This document shows positions 27,208 through 36,645 of a stretch of 64,000 bases of DNA, one piece after another. Source of the stretch: a virus (Duplodnaviria; Caudoviricetes); the IMG/VR virus record IMGVR_UViG_3300031912_000871, positions 1-64,000 of that record; one strand, 5' to 3'. The number at the start of each line of letters is the position of its first letter. The first letter of the stretch is position 1. A program made the translations under genes and the position numbers. The notes beneath the pieces are model-generated. The model made no database searches and was not told the DNA's origin. It saw nothing but the letters and a program-made list of their open reading frames with translations.

Positions 27208-28629
27208 TCAGATGGCGTAGGCGTCGGTGACGGCCATGCCGCCGGCCTGGTCGACGGCGGCCTTGACCTGCCGGTGCGGGTCGACCTCGGAGAGGGCCTG
27301 CCGGGCGTCGGAGAGGGTGCCGTCGGCCGCGGCGATCCGGGCGGCGGCGGCGTTGACGCGGCCGTTCGTGTGGTCGGCGAGGTCGCGGACAGCGCCGATC
27401 ACGTCATCGGGGAAGTTGTAGCCCTCCACCCAGTGCTTGAGATCGGTGTGCCACTTGGCTTCCTCCATGACCCGCTGGAGGTAGGACTGGGCGTCCTCCC
27501 GCTCGGCTTCCTGCTCGCGGATGATGCTGTCCAGCTCGGCGCGGACCTGCTCCAGGTTCCGCACGTCACCGCCGGTCGCGGTCTCGATCGGCACCGTGGT
27601 GCCCCCTTCGGTCGTCGTGGTGTTGTCGCTGGCCAGTCGCAGGTGGCGGCGGTTGGTCCGCTCCTGCTCGTCGGCTGTCTTGGCGTGCCGCTTGCACAGG
27701 TCGCCGACCTCGGTGGCCTCGTCGGTGCACCGCTCGCCCGGACCCTGACCGCCGATCGGGGGCGACACGTGCCGGCACTGGCTGGTCCGGGCGTTCTCGG
27801 CGGCGACCAGCGCGTCGTGGCGGGTGCAGTAGCCGTTGCCGAGCTGCTCGTCGCGCAGGTCGGTGCAGTTCGAGCGGCCGGTGTTGTAGCGGCACAGGCG
27901 GTGAGGTTCGTCGCGGGCGACCTTCTTGAGCTCCTCGGTGAGGGTCTGCTGCTTCTCGATGGTGTCGATGCAGGTCTGGCAGTACGGCTCGCCGGGGGCC
28001 TTCGGGTTGGTGCACTGCTGGGTGCTCGGCCACGGCAGCGGGAACCTCTGGCACGTGTCGTCCTGCTGCTCGGCCGGGGCGGCCGGCTTCGTTTCCGGTG
28101 CGGCTGTGGGCACCGGCTTGGCCTTGCGGTCGGCGGTGGTGTTGCAGTCGACGCACTTGTCTCCGGGCAGGAGGATGGTCTTGCAGTCGGGGCAGCGCTG
28201 CCAGCGGGAGTCGGTCTTCCAGTCGTACTGGCACAGCTCCCGCTTGCGGTTCTGGTGCTGCGCGGGCCAGCCCATCTTGGCGAGGTTGGCGCGGCAGTCG
28301 GCCTGCGGGCATAGGCCCGGTTCGTCCGTGCCCGCCTCCTTCTTGGTGCGCTGCTCGTACCACTTCCGGGCGGTCGCGGATCCGGTGGGCCAGCCCTCCT
28401 TCATGCCCTTGGCGAAGCCGCGCAGGTAGAGGAAACCGCCGACGGCGCCGGTGGCGATCGCGGCGCCCACCTTGACGCCTGCGGGGGCCGGTTCGGGGCT
28501 GGAGCCCTTCCACGCCTCGACGCGGCCCCGGTAGAAGCCGGCGACGGCGGCCTTGCCTTTCCCTCCGGCCTTATAGATCACGGTCGCGATGACGGCGATC
28601 CAGATCAGGCCGATCCACGTGATCTCCAT
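27208..28629 (-). CDS. Membrane-anchored protein with multiple Cys/His finger repeats and a helical C-terminal domain
   Basis: N-terminal TM; about five Cys/His clusters (three clear C..C..Cx2H/C fingers); C-terminus HRQVKAAVDQAGGMAVTDAY. Confidence 0.75.
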   Translation of the reverse strand: MEITWIGLIWIAVIATVIYKAGGKGKAAVAGFYRGRVEAWKGSSPEPAPAGVKVGAAIATGAVGGFLYLRGFAKGMKEGWPTGSATARKWYEQRTKKEAGTDEPGLCPQADCRANLAKMGWPAQHQNRKRELCQYDWKTDSRWQRCPDCKTILLPGDKCVDCNTTADRKAKPVPTAAPETKPAAPAEQQDDTCQRFPLPWPSTQQCTNPKAPGEPYCQTCIDTIEKQQTLTEELKKVARDEPHRLCRYNTGRSNCTDLRDEQLGNGYCTRHDALVAAENARTSQCRHVSPPIGGQGPGERCTDEATEVGDLCKRHAKTADEQERTNRRHLRLASDNTTTTEGGTTVPIETATGGDVRNLEQVRAELDSIIREQEAEREDAQSYLQRVMEEAKWHTDLKHWVEGYNFPDDVIGAVRDLADHTNGRVNAAAARIAAADGTLSDARQALSEVDPHRQVKAAVDQAGGMAVTDAYAI

Positions 28630-28631
28630 CG

Positions 28632-29084
28632 TTACTTCTTTCCGGTGCCGGTGAAGGAGCCGACGATGCTGCCGACGAACTCGGTGATGCCCTTGACCAG
28701 CTGCTCCAGGCCGTCACCGAAGTCGCCGGTGGCGGACCGGACAGCGAGGGGGAGCAGCGCGGCGGCGGCGAGGGTGATCCAGTCGACCTGCTTGCGCCAC
28801 ATGTGCACGGCAACCACGAAGAAGGCCGCCAGGGCGATGAGGCCGGAGACCTTCGCGTCGAGCTTGTCCATGGTGAGCTTGTCGATCAGCTTGGTGATGG
28901 AACCGACCGCGCCGTCCGCCTGCTCGCCGGCCCAGGTGGTGATGAGGCCGGACACCCCGGTCATGACGAGGACTGTGGTGACGCGCGGCAGCATCCGGTT
29001 GCCGACCGTCCAGAGCAGAGTGGCGATGACGAGGCAGGCGAGGCCGGCCCCGGCGGACACCGCGTAGGTGGCCTCGGGCTTCAT
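28632..29084 (-). CDS. Multi-TM membrane protein (Spd-like)
   Basis: About four hydrophobic helices, within the tra operon. Confidence 0.7.
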   Translation of the reverse strand: MKPEATYAVSAGAGLACLVIATLLWTVGNRMLPRVTTVLVMTGVSGLITTWAGEQADGAVGSITKLIDKLTMDKLDAKVSGLIALAAFFVVAVHMWRKQVDWITLAAAALLPLAVRSATGDFGDGLEQLVKGITEFVGSIVGSFTGTGKK

Positions 29085-29093
29085 GGGGGGTCC

Positions 29094-29351
29094 TTACTGC
29101 GAGAGTGTCTGGATGTCGCGGAGCAGGTCGTCGAGACCGACGTGGACCTTCCGCCAGGCGGCGGCGCGCTGCGCCGGCCGGAGACGCATGACGGCCGCGC
29201 GCACCTGGTCGTAGCGCACGGCGGCCTGGGCGGCCGGGTCGTCGCCGGCCTCGGCCCACTTGCGTCTCCAGGTCGCGTCTTCGCGCTGTTCCCGGCGGCT
29301 CTTGCGGGTCGACTTGACCGGGCGGCCCGGCTTGCGGTTGAGGATGTTCAC
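29094..29351 (-). CDS. Hypothetical protein
   Basis: Coupled ORF VNILNRKPG... Confidence 0.6.
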   Translation of the reverse strand: MNILNRKPGRPVKSTRKSRREQREDATWRRKWAEAGDDPAAQAAVRYDQVRAAVMRLRPAQRAAAWRKVHVGLDDLLRDIQTLSQ

Positions 29352-29596
29352 CGGGTCACCACCGTCGCGCCGGAGCGGGCGACGGTGACGGTGGCGATGA
29401 CCATGCCGCCGCCGAGCCGGTGCACCCGCAGGGTCCACTTCGTCAGGTCGGTGTTGAGGGTGCCGGTCTTGGCCTTGACCATCGCCTCGAACTGGGCCCG
29501 GAGGGCGGCGTTGTCGGCGGGGTCGATGTTGGCCTCCACCTCGGCCCTGACGAAGAGGCCGCGGTGGAGGCGCAACGTGTACCGGTAGGGGCTCAC
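29348..29596 (-). CDS. Hypothetical protein
   Basis: High GC3, coupled. Confidence 0.65.
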   Translation of the reverse strand: MSPYRYTLRLHRGLFVRAEVEANIDPADNAALRAQFEAMVKAKTGTLNTDLTKWTLRVHRLGGGMVIATVTVARSGATVVTR

Positions 29597-29599
29597 GGG

Positions 29600-29857
29600 T
29601 CAGCGGGTGACCTTCGTGCGCCGGTCGCTGATGATCCCGGCGACGACGGCGATGAGCAGGGCGCCGACGGCGCCGGCGAACGCGCCGTCGGGGTTGCCGC
29701 CGGGGGTGTGGCGCTGCACGAGCGCCACGGCGAGCAGGGTCACCATCGCGCCGAAGGCGAGGATCGTGGCGACGCTGAACGGGTTGATGGTGCTGGTGGG
29801 GCGCTGGGTGCGCCCGGGCCCCGGCATGGTTGCCGGGGCCCGACCGATCTCGGGCAT
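29600..29857 (-). CDS. Two-TM membrane protein, first gene of the tra operon
   Basis: GGAGACCCC SD. Confidence 0.65.
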   Translation of the reverse strand: MPEIGRAPATMPGPGRTQRPTSTINPFSVATILAFGAMVTLLAVALVQRHTPGGNPDGAFAGAVGALLIAVVAGIISDRRTKVTR

Positions 29858-30031
29858 GGGGTCTCCTTCGCATGAACGCTTACGCATAGTTGCGCATTGG
29901 CGTGCGCAGTTAGCGTATGCGGATCCATGCGGGGAGGCAAGGCGCGAACCGGGTGGGTCGGCATGGACGTCGCGCAGATGGCGAAAAGCCCCCGACCTGG
30001 TGCAGGTCGGGGGCTTGGCTGCGCGGCCGAG

Positions 30032-31264
30032 TCAGGGCTTTCGCAGCAGGGTGGGGATGGTCGCGGCGACGGACATGGCGAGGATGACGCCTCCGGCCAC
30101 CATCGGTGCTCGCAGGCCGGCACTGGCGGCGATGAGTCCACCGAGGACCGCGCCGGCCGGTGACGCGCTGTTGGCGACGGTGCGGAACCCGGCGATGACG
30201 CGGCCGAGCATGTCCGCCGGGACGAGCAGCTGCCGCAGTCCCGCGTTGACGGTGGTGATGAGCGTCTGCGACGCGCCGATGGCGGCGAGCAGCGGCGCCG
30301 CCACCCACGGGCTGTCGACCACGGCGATGACCGGCCAGGCGGCGGCGTGGGCGACCACGCCGATCAGCAGGGCCGGTTCGGCGCCGACGGCACGGGTGAT
30401 CCGGTGGGCGAGTGGCCCGATGACCACGCCGCCGGCCGCGAGGGCCGCGACGAGCAGCCCGAACCCGGCGTCGGTGACCCGCAGTCCCTGCTCGGAGGTG
30501 GCGTAGAGGACGAACGTCGCCCAGGCCGCGTTGTAGGCGAGGTTCGCGGCGGCGGCGAGGAGCGCGAGCGTACGCAGCCGGCGGTGCCGGGCGAGCCACA
30601 GCAGCCCGTCCTTCACGGCCCGGCCGATCGGGGCGGTGTGGTCACCGGCGGCGCGTAGCCCTCGGGGGAGCCTGGTCAGCAGTGCGGCGCTCGCGGCGAA
30701 GCTGGCCGCGTCGACCGCGTACGGGACGACTCGGGCCGCGGTGAACGCGGCGGCGCCGACCGGCGGCCCGATCAGGCTCTTCCCGGCGGTGTCGAGAGAG
30801 AACATGCGGCCGTTGACGTGGTGCAGGGTGTCCGGGTCGCGGTGGGCCAGCTCGGCGACGGCGGCCTGGAGGGCGATGTCGTGGAACACCTGCCCGGTGA
30901 CCACGACGGCGGCGATGACGGCCAGGATCCACACGGTGGCCACGTCCAGGGCGACCGCCGCGGCGAGCGCGGCGACGGCGACAGCGCGGGTGATGTCGGC
31001 CGTCAGGACGGTCGCCCGGTACGGCCACCGGTCGACCAGCGCGCCGGCGAACGGCGCGACGACCACCCACGGCAGGTAGCCGATGGCGGTGACGGCGGCG
31101 ACGGCCGTGGGTGAGCGGGTGAGGGCGGCGGCGGTCAGCGGCACGGCGGCGAGGAACATGCCGTCGCCGACGCTGGAGACGCCGACGGAGGCGAGGATGG
31201 CCCGTAGACCGCGGCCGCCCGGCCGGGCGGTGTGCTCAGCCGGGCGGGGGTTCGTCACGGTCAT
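30032..31264 (-). CDS. MFS transporter
   Basis: About 12 TMs; GALVDRWPYRA motif A; start overlaps the DUF397 stop. Confidence 0.9.
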   Translation of the reverse strand: MTVTNPRPAEHTARPGGRGLRAILASVGVSSVGDGMFLAAVPLTAAALTRSPTAVAAVTAIGYLPWVVVAPFAGALVDRWPYRATVLTADITRAVAVAALAAAVALDVATVWILAVIAAVVVTGQVFHDIALQAAVAELAHRDPDTLHHVNGRMFSLDTAGKSLIGPPVGAAAFTAARVVPYAVDAASFAASAALLTRLPRGLRAAGDHTAPIGRAVKDGLLWLARHRRLRTLALLAAAANLAYNAAWATFVLYATSEQGLRVTDAGFGLLVAALAAGGVVIGPLAHRITRAVGAEPALLIGVVAHAAAWPVIAVVDSPWVAAPLLAAIGASQTLITTVNAGLRQLLVPADMLGRVIAGFRTVANSASPAGAVLGGLIAASAGLRAPMVAGGVILAMSVAATIPTLLRKP

Positions 31265-31476
31265 CAGTCGTGGTAGCCGGACCGGATCGCGGCCACGAAG
31301 GTGTCCCACTCGCGCGGGTTGTAGAACTGGGTGCCGCCGTCGGGGTTCTTGCTGTCGCGGATGGCGCGCCATCCGGTCGGGTGCTTCGCCACGGTGACGC
31401 AGCTGCCCTCGTTGCTGCTGGTGTCGAACGGGCCGAACTCGTTCAGCGGCGGCGGGGTCTTGTCCGTGCGGTCCAT
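31264..31476 (-). CDS. DUF397 protein
   Basis: SSNEGSCVTVA...AIRDSKNPDGG...WDTFVAAIRSG. Confidence 0.9.
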   Translation of the reverse strand: MDRTDKTPPPLNEFGPFDTSSNEGSCVTVAKHPTGWRAIRDSKNPDGGTQFYNPREWDTFVAAIRSGYHD

Positions 31477-31513
31477 CGAATCTCCTCTACGGTCGACGCC
31501 CCGCAGCGTGGTG

Positions 31514-32368
31514 CTACGAGGCGGTTGTGGCCATCTGCTCGATGAAGGTCAGGGACTCGGCCGGCGGAAGCGCGGCGGCCGTCATCCGGTCGAACACGGT
31601 GGCGAAGTCGCTGGTCTCCGTATCGCCGGCGAAGGTGATCTCGGCGGCGGCGGTCTCCACGATCACCAGCGGGTCGTCGTCGGGGAACGAGTGGAGCGTG
31701 AACCCGCTGGTGGGCAGCGCCGTCATCGGCGTGCCGGTGGGGATGACCTGCACGGTGATGGTGTCCACGTCGGCGGTGTCGAGGATGCTTTGCCACACGC
31801 CGGGGCGGGGGTCGACGTCGCCGGCGGGCCGCCACCGCAGTGCCGCTTCGGTGAGGACGGCGTGGTAGGTCGGCGCGCCGGGTGCCCGCATGCGGGTGAC
31901 CCGCTCGACTCGGGCCTGCACGGCGGCGGTCACGTCCCGCTCGCCGTGCAGGTTCGCGGCGGTGATGCAGGCGCGGGCGTAGTCGGCGGTGTGGAACAGC
32001 CCGGGGACGACCAGCGGCTGGAAGTGGCGCACGAGGGTCGCCCGGCCGTCGAGATTGGTCAGTTCCAGCTGGCGCACTTCGAGGGAGCCCCGGTGGAGGT
32101 CCCGCAGGGTGGTGACGCCGTGCTCGATAGCCTCGGCCAGGGCGAGGGCCCGATCCCGCGTGGGCTGGTCGACGTAGCAGGCGTCCAGCCAAGCGGTGAT
32201 GTCGGCGATCGGCGGCCACAGCTCGCCGCTCTCGATCCGCGAGACCTTGGACTGGCTGACACCGATCCGCTCGGCCAGCTGCTTGCCGGACAGGCCGCGG
32301 GTGCGTCGGGCCACGCGCAGCTGTGCCCCCAGGCGGAGCCGGAGAGCAGAGCGAAGCGGGTCCGACAC
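31514..32368 (-). CDS. XRE HTH plus DUF5753 transcriptional regulator
   Basis: LRVARRTRGLSGKQLAERIGVSQSKVSRIESG...VVPGLFHTADYARA...LTEAALR. Confidence 0.9.
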   Translation of the reverse strand: MSDPLRSALRLRLGAQLRVARRTRGLSGKQLAERIGVSQSKVSRIESGELWPPIADITAWLDACYVDQPTRDRALALAEAIEHGVTTLRDLHRGSLEVRQLELTNLDGRATLVRHFQPLVVPGLFHTADYARACITAANLHGERDVTAAVQARVERVTRMRAPGAPTYHAVLTEAALRWRPAGDVDPRPGVWQSILDTADVDTITVQVIPTGTPMTALPTSGFTLHSFPDDDPLVIVETAAAEITFAGDTETSDFATVFDRMTAAALPPAESLTFIEQMATTAS

Positions 32369-32424
32369 GGGTTCTCCTCGGGTTGAGCTACCGGCAGGGT
32401 ATGCGGGTTTATGCGGGACAGCAA

Positions 32425-32456
32425 GGAGGGCGCCAGCACTTCTGCTGGCGCCCTCC
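32425..32456 (-). terminator. Terminator-like hairpin
   Basis: GGAGGGCGCCAGCA/TGCTGGCGCCCTCC, followed by UUGCU on the minus strand. Confidence 0.7.
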
Positions 32457-32551
32457 GCGCGTTTCAGCGGCCAGGCACCGGTTCGCTCACCCGGTCCCGT
32501 GGCCGTCCTCACGTTGTACGGCATCCGGCCGGCTACCGTCTTGGGGCAAGA

Positions 32552-32806
32552 TCATCGGAGCCTCCGTCGGGCTTGCTGGCTGCTCTGCCGCATCGCCGCG
32601 TCGAGGGCGTTGTGGTCGACCATCAGGATCTGGCCGGGCAGACACGCCGGCGACTCGTGCACGTCGAACTGATCGCCCATGTCGTGCTCGGTGAGCAGCT
32701 GCCGTACCTCCGTCACCCGGCCGGGCTCGCAGTAGACGGTCCTCCGCTCGTCCTCGATGACCTGCGCCCAGAACCGCACCTCGGCCTCAGCGTCGCCGCC
32801 GGTCAC
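32552..32806 (-). CDS. Hypothetical phage protein
   Basis: Coupled to the DnaC-like gene. Confidence 0.7.
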   Translation of the reverse strand: MTGGDAEAEVRFWAQVIEDERRTVYCEPGRVTEVRQLLTEHDMGDQFDVHESPACLPGQILMVDHNALDAAMRQSSQQARRRLR

Positions 32807-33699
32807 CAGTCGAGGCCCGTCAGCTGGCGGCGGTCCGGACCGAGGAACGTGAAGGCGGTGGCCCGGTCCTGGAGCCGGGAGAACAGCCGGTCGCCGAGCA
32901 TGGTCTCCAGGCCCGCGACCCGGGTGCCGTCGCGGCGCTCAACGTCGCGGGCCCGCAGGTTCGTGGTCACGATCGTGCGGAGCCGCGCGTTGAGCCGGTA
33001 CTCGATCAGCTCCAGCAGCTCCCGCCGTACGAACTCCCGCGCCTCGATGTCCATCTCCGCGCCGAGGTCATCGAGGATGAGCAGCTCAGCGGTGCGCGCC
33101 CGGTCGCGGATCTCCCACACCGGGTGCTTCGAGCCCTCCGGGCGCAGCTCGGCGAGGTAGCCGTGCATCGTCCAGGACCGTACGAGGAGCTGCTTGGTGA
33201 CGACCTCACCGGACCGCAGCCGAGTCGCGGCGCCGCGCCGGGCGGCTTCGGCGGCCGTCGCGTATGCGGCCTGGGTCTTCCCGGAGCCGGTCTTCCCGGC
33301 GAAGATCGCCGTCCGTGCGTCCGGGTCGGCCAGCCACGCGGCGATCGCGTCCGGGTGCTGGTCCGTGTCGAGGGACGCGAGTCCCACGTCGGCGGCCACC
33401 CGGTCGTCGGGCAGGCACGCCTGCAACGCCCGTTCCCGCATCGCGGATTGGTGGCGTAGCACCAGCTCGCTGGCCGGAACGTCGTCGTCGGTTCCCGTTA
33501 CGGGGGCCGGGAGACCCGCCTCGCGGGCCTGCCGCGCGGCCTCGGCACGTTCCGCTGCGAGGGCGCCCACCTGGTCGCGTAGGTGCTCCGGGAGCGCGCC
33601 GAGGAGACCCTTCGCGAGCCAGCTGGCCTGCTGGGTGTCGGGGCGGCGCTGCCGGGCGATGGCCTTGCCGACCGAACCCGTCACTTCCTGCGTGGTCAC
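32803..33699 (-). CDS. DnaC/IstB-like helicase-loader ATPase
   Basis: GKTGSGKT Walker A, LLILDDLG Walker B, TIVTTNL, DRLFSRL. Confidence 0.9.
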   Translation of the reverse strand: MTTQEVTGSVGKAIARQRRPDTQQASWLAKGLLGALPEHLRDQVGALAAERAEAARQAREAGLPAPVTGTDDDVPASELVLRHQSAMRERALQACLPDDRVAADVGLASLDTDQHPDAIAAWLADPDARTAIFAGKTGSGKTQAAYATAAEAARRGAATRLRSGEVVTKQLLVRSWTMHGYLAELRPEGSKHPVWEIRDRARTAELLILDDLGAEMDIEAREFVRRELLELIEYRLNARLRTIVTTNLRARDVERRDGTRVAGLETMLGDRLFSRLQDRATAFTFLGPDRRQLTGLDW

Positions 33700-34826
33700 C
33701 AGGCACCTCCCGCAGCAGCACCCGCGCCGACCGGGCGGACGTCCTCAGCCCAGGCGTCGTTGACCTGCATGACGCCGGGGGAGGGCCGACCGGCCACACC
33801 GGCCGGTGGGCGGGGTGCCCGTCCACGGATCCGAACGAGCGCCCGCTCCATCTGGGCCTTCGACGGGATGCCCTCGCCGAGGCCGTTGAGGGCGCGCTTG
33901 ATCTCGTCCTCGGTGTAGTCGGCATCGAGGAACGGGCGGATCAGCGAGGCGAGCTGGTGCAGGGGCCGGCCGCCGACGACGGGCACGCCGAGGTTGGCCC
34001 GGTGGTCGATCCACTTCCGGGCGATGCCCATAGCGACGTCGTGGTTTGTCGGTTGCCGCTTCGGCTCGGCTGGGGTCCGGGGCGGCGGCACGGCGCCGTC
34101 GAGGGTCGGCTGAACGGCAGCAGACCGCTCGTCGCGCCGATCATCCGCAGGATGATCGGAATCTGTGTAACCCCTCTGGTGTAACTCCTCTTGTATAGGC
34201 GCCGGGTTTCCGGACTCTGCCGCTCCGGGCCCCGGGTTTCCGGACCCCGGGTTCCCGGAGCCCGGAAACCCGTCCCCGGGGGTGTCGGAATCCTCGGAGC
34301 CCGAAAACCCGTCTCCGGGGTCTTCCTCCTCGGCGGTGCTGTCCGCGTCCGGCCGCGGCGGCGGGGGGAACTCGTCGTCTAGCAGCGTGCCGTCGGGGTA
34401 CTTCACCTTGAACGAGCCGTCCGGCTGCTCCACCAGAGGGACAGCCTTCCCGCCGAAGAACTCGGCCTGCGCCGCCCAGGACGCCACCGGCGTCTCCGAC
34501 ACAGCCGTGCCCATGACGAAGGTGCGGTCGAGCATCCGCCGCTTCTCCAGCCGGTAGTAGCCGGCCAGGGCCAGCTCGCGGAGCGCCGTACGGACGGCCT
34601 CCCTGCCCTCGCGGGCGGCTTCACGGCCGCGGAGGGTCTTGCCCTTGCCCTCGTTCGCGATCTGGATGGAGTTGACGTCCCAGCCCTCGGGCTTGTTCAG
34701 GAGCCAGGTGAGCACGCCCAGACTGCGGAACGGGACGGTGAAGTCGTCCACCGTGCTCGACGGCACCTGGACGAAGGGGTCGCGGCGACGCTTGCGCAGG
34801 CCACCGCGCGGGTTGTCGGAGGTCAT
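33696..34826 (-). CDS. Phage replication initiator protein
   Basis: N-terminal wHTH (FVQVP...LGVLTWLL...ALRELALAGYYR), central GNP repeats, upstream of the DnaC-like gene. Confidence 0.8.
   Translation of the reverse strand: MTSDNPRGGLRKRRRDPFVQVPSSTVDDFTVPFRSLGVLTWLLNKPEGWDVNSIQIANEGKGKTLRGREAAREGREAVRTALRELALAGYYRLEKRRMLDRTFVMGTAVSETPVASWAAQAEFFGGKAVPLVEQPDGSFKVKYPDGTLLDDEFPPPPRPDADSTAEEEDPGDGFSGSEDSDTPGDGFPGSGNPGSGNPGPGAAESGNPAPIQEELHQRGYTDSDHPADDRRDERSAAVQPTLDGAVPPPRTPAEPKRQPTNHDVAMGIARKWIDHRANLGVPVVGGRPLHQLASLIRPFLDADYTEDEIKRALNGLGEGIPSKAQMERALVRIRGRAPRPPAGVAGRPSPGVMQVNDAWAEDVRPVGAGAAAGGAW
34160..34313. promoter_or_regulatory. Putative replication origin inside the initiator gene
   Basis: CCGGGTT(T/C)CCGGA x3 (34202, 34232, 34247) plus two inverted copies (34260, 34299), next to an AT-rich patch at 34160-34200. 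Confidence 0.6.
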
Positions 34827-34866
34827 GCCACACCGCCAGGGATCCGGGGGGAACTCATGAGCGGGG

Positions 34867-34896
34867 TGTCTACCGGCACCGCGACGTTAACGTCCT
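34867..34896 (-). promoter_or_regulatory. Late-type motif upstream of the replication genes
   Basis: AGGACGTTAAC-N13-TAGACA. Confidence 0.5.
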
Positions 34897-35078
34897 CGCC
34901 GATGTGACGAACCGCGGGACGGAGGTGTGTGCGAGTGGGCGACTCGTATGCCAAAATGGGCACACGAGTACGACCCAAGGGGTCACGCATGTGGCTCCTC
35001 GGTGATGTTGCGAGGGCCGCTTCTGGGTGTGGGATCCGGGAGGCGGCCTTTGCGGCTTTTTGGGTTGTGCTCTCGTCT

Positions 35079-35300
35079 CTAGGCCGCTGCCAGCTCCAAG
35101 GGGAGCGTCGGCGCGGGCGCTGCTGCCGGGTACGGCTCGGGGAGACCCGAGGCGCGTGCCGCGAGGTTGGCGACGTAATCGGAGAACGCGATGCCGAGTT
35201 CCTTGGCCTCGCGCTCGTACCGGTCGAGGTGCTCGTCCGGGAAGCGCACGGGGCGGCGCTTGCCGCCCTTCGGCGCTCGCCCAGGTTTGGTGCCAGCCAT
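35079..35300 (-). CDS. Ribbon-helix-helix DNA-binding protein
   Basis: RRPVRFPDEHLDRYEREAKELGIAFSDYVANL. Confidence 0.75.
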   Translation of the reverse strand: MAGTKPGRAPKGGKRRPVRFPDEHLDRYEREAKELGIAFSDYVANLAARASGLPEPYPAAAPAPTLPLELAAA

Positions 35301-35388
35301 GCCACGGTTCTACTCCATTGCTGATTCAGATTCACGCACCCGGTCGGCGTGTCGTGATCCGAGGAGCCGGCGCGTGCCGGCTCACCCG

Positions 35389-35880
35389 TCACGCCGCCGC
35401 TTCGACCTGCATGCCAGCCTCGCGAGCCCGCCGCCGGGCCCGCTGCACTGACCGTTCGCTGACGCCCGCGACCCGCGCGATGCTGGCCGCGCTCGCATCA
35501 CCGGCGGTCAGCTCCAGCACCTGCCCGTCCAGGCCGGACACCGGGCCCGGCCTGCGCTTCGGTAGCTGCACCTCCACGTTCGTTCCGGGCACCCGGATCG
35601 ACGTCAGGCGGAACCGCTGCTTCTGGCTGAGCCCGCCCCAGACGCCGATCCGCTCGTCGGTGATCACGGCGTAGCTGAGGCACATCTCCTTGACCGGGCA
35701 GCCGTCACACAGCTTCGCTGCGGCCCGCCACGTCTGGCCCTTGCCCTCGGGGAAGAAGGCTTCCGGGTCGGTCTGGGCGCACACCGCTTCCTTGACCCAG
35801 CGGCCAGGGAGCCAGCCGGCCATGTTGGCCCACACCAGTACCCCGGCGCTGATCCACGGCCGCAGATCCTTGACCCTCAC
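35389..35880 (-). CDS. whiB: WhiB family transcription factor with a C-terminal HTH
   Basis: C..TDPEAFFP...AKLCDGCPV..C...GVWGG. Confidence 0.9.
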   Translation of the reverse strand: MRVKDLRPWISAGVLVWANMAGWLPGRWVKEAVCAQTDPEAFFPEGKGQTWRAAAKLCDGCPVKEMCLSYAVITDERIGVWGGLSQKQRFRLTSIRVPGTNVEVQLPKRRPGPVSGLDGQVLELTAGDASAASIARVAGVSERSVQRARRRAREAGMQVEAAA

Positions 35881-36038
35881 CGCTGCACCTCCGCTCCACT
35901 GTGCGGCAGGACGGTCGACGTGCGGCGATGGCCGGAAGGTCCAGGGCTGATCGGCCGACTGGTGGCTACGATGGCCAGCGAGAGATCCGTCAGGATCGGG
36001 TCAGGAACCTGACCCGGGAGAGGTTGAAGTAGAACCAC
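35877..36038 (-). CDS. Small hypothetical protein
   Basis: GGAGACCCC SD plus hairpin; coupled to whiB. Confidence 0.5.
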   Translation of the reverse strand: MVLLQPLPGQVPDPILTDLSLAIVATSRPISPGPSGHRRTSTVLPHSGAEVQR

Positions 36039-36243
36039 AGGGGTCTCCGTTCGTGCGGCGGGTCGCTCACCCGCTGGTCTGCCCCCGACGTCGAGGGCTG
36101 GCCACCCAGTCAAGTAACTGAGTGGTGTGTATGTGTGACAGTACAAACGGTGCAACGTGACTCGCAAGGGGATGCGCGAGCCGGCACAGCCGCATCATGA
36201 TCGGGTAGCCGGTTGGTACCCAAGCCCCGCGGAAGGCGGGCCC

Positions 36244-36645
36244 GTGACACATCAGCCCCAGATCAGCGACGGCGCCCGGCCTCGCCTCGTCATGTCGCAG
36301 GCGCTCCAGCTGACCGCCGAACTGGCGACCAGCCTCGTCCCGACGTACGCCGACCAGCACGCCGAGTTCGGCGAGCACCTCCAAGCGGCCCGCCGGCTGC
36401 GGCTCTGCGCCGAGCGGGTCATCGACGCGGCGATCGCCGTCGAGGCCGAGGCAGGGGCAACCGCTGCGGAGATCGCCGCCTGGCTCGCGCTGCCCGTAGA
36501 GCAGGTCGAGATGCGCCTGGCGAACCAACGTGCCCGCGCCGCAGCGATCGACCCGCCCAGCCTCGCCGAGGAGCTGGACGCCTGGTACGCCCGGGTGAGC
36601 GGACCAGACGCCCCCTCCAACGCCGTCTCAGCCGGTCTGGCCTAA
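36244..36645 (+). CDS. Putative regulator (HTH-like), divergent from the whiB-rep operon
   Basis: GATAAEIAAWLALPVEQVEMR; AT-rich control region at 36100-36160. Confidence 0.6.
   Translation: MTHQPQISDGARPRLVMSQALQLTAELATSLVPTYADQHAEFGEHLQAARRLRLCAERVIDAAIAVEAEAGATAAEIAAWLALPVEQVEMRLANQRARAAAIDPPSLAEELDAWYARVSGPDAPSNAVSAGLA

Noticed and set aside
29880-32416. TATGCGG repeats as a shared XRE operator at the tra and XRE promoters
   Set aside because: Only 7 bp, and equally explained as the complement of CGCATA(A/C) -10 elements, also seen at 40839.
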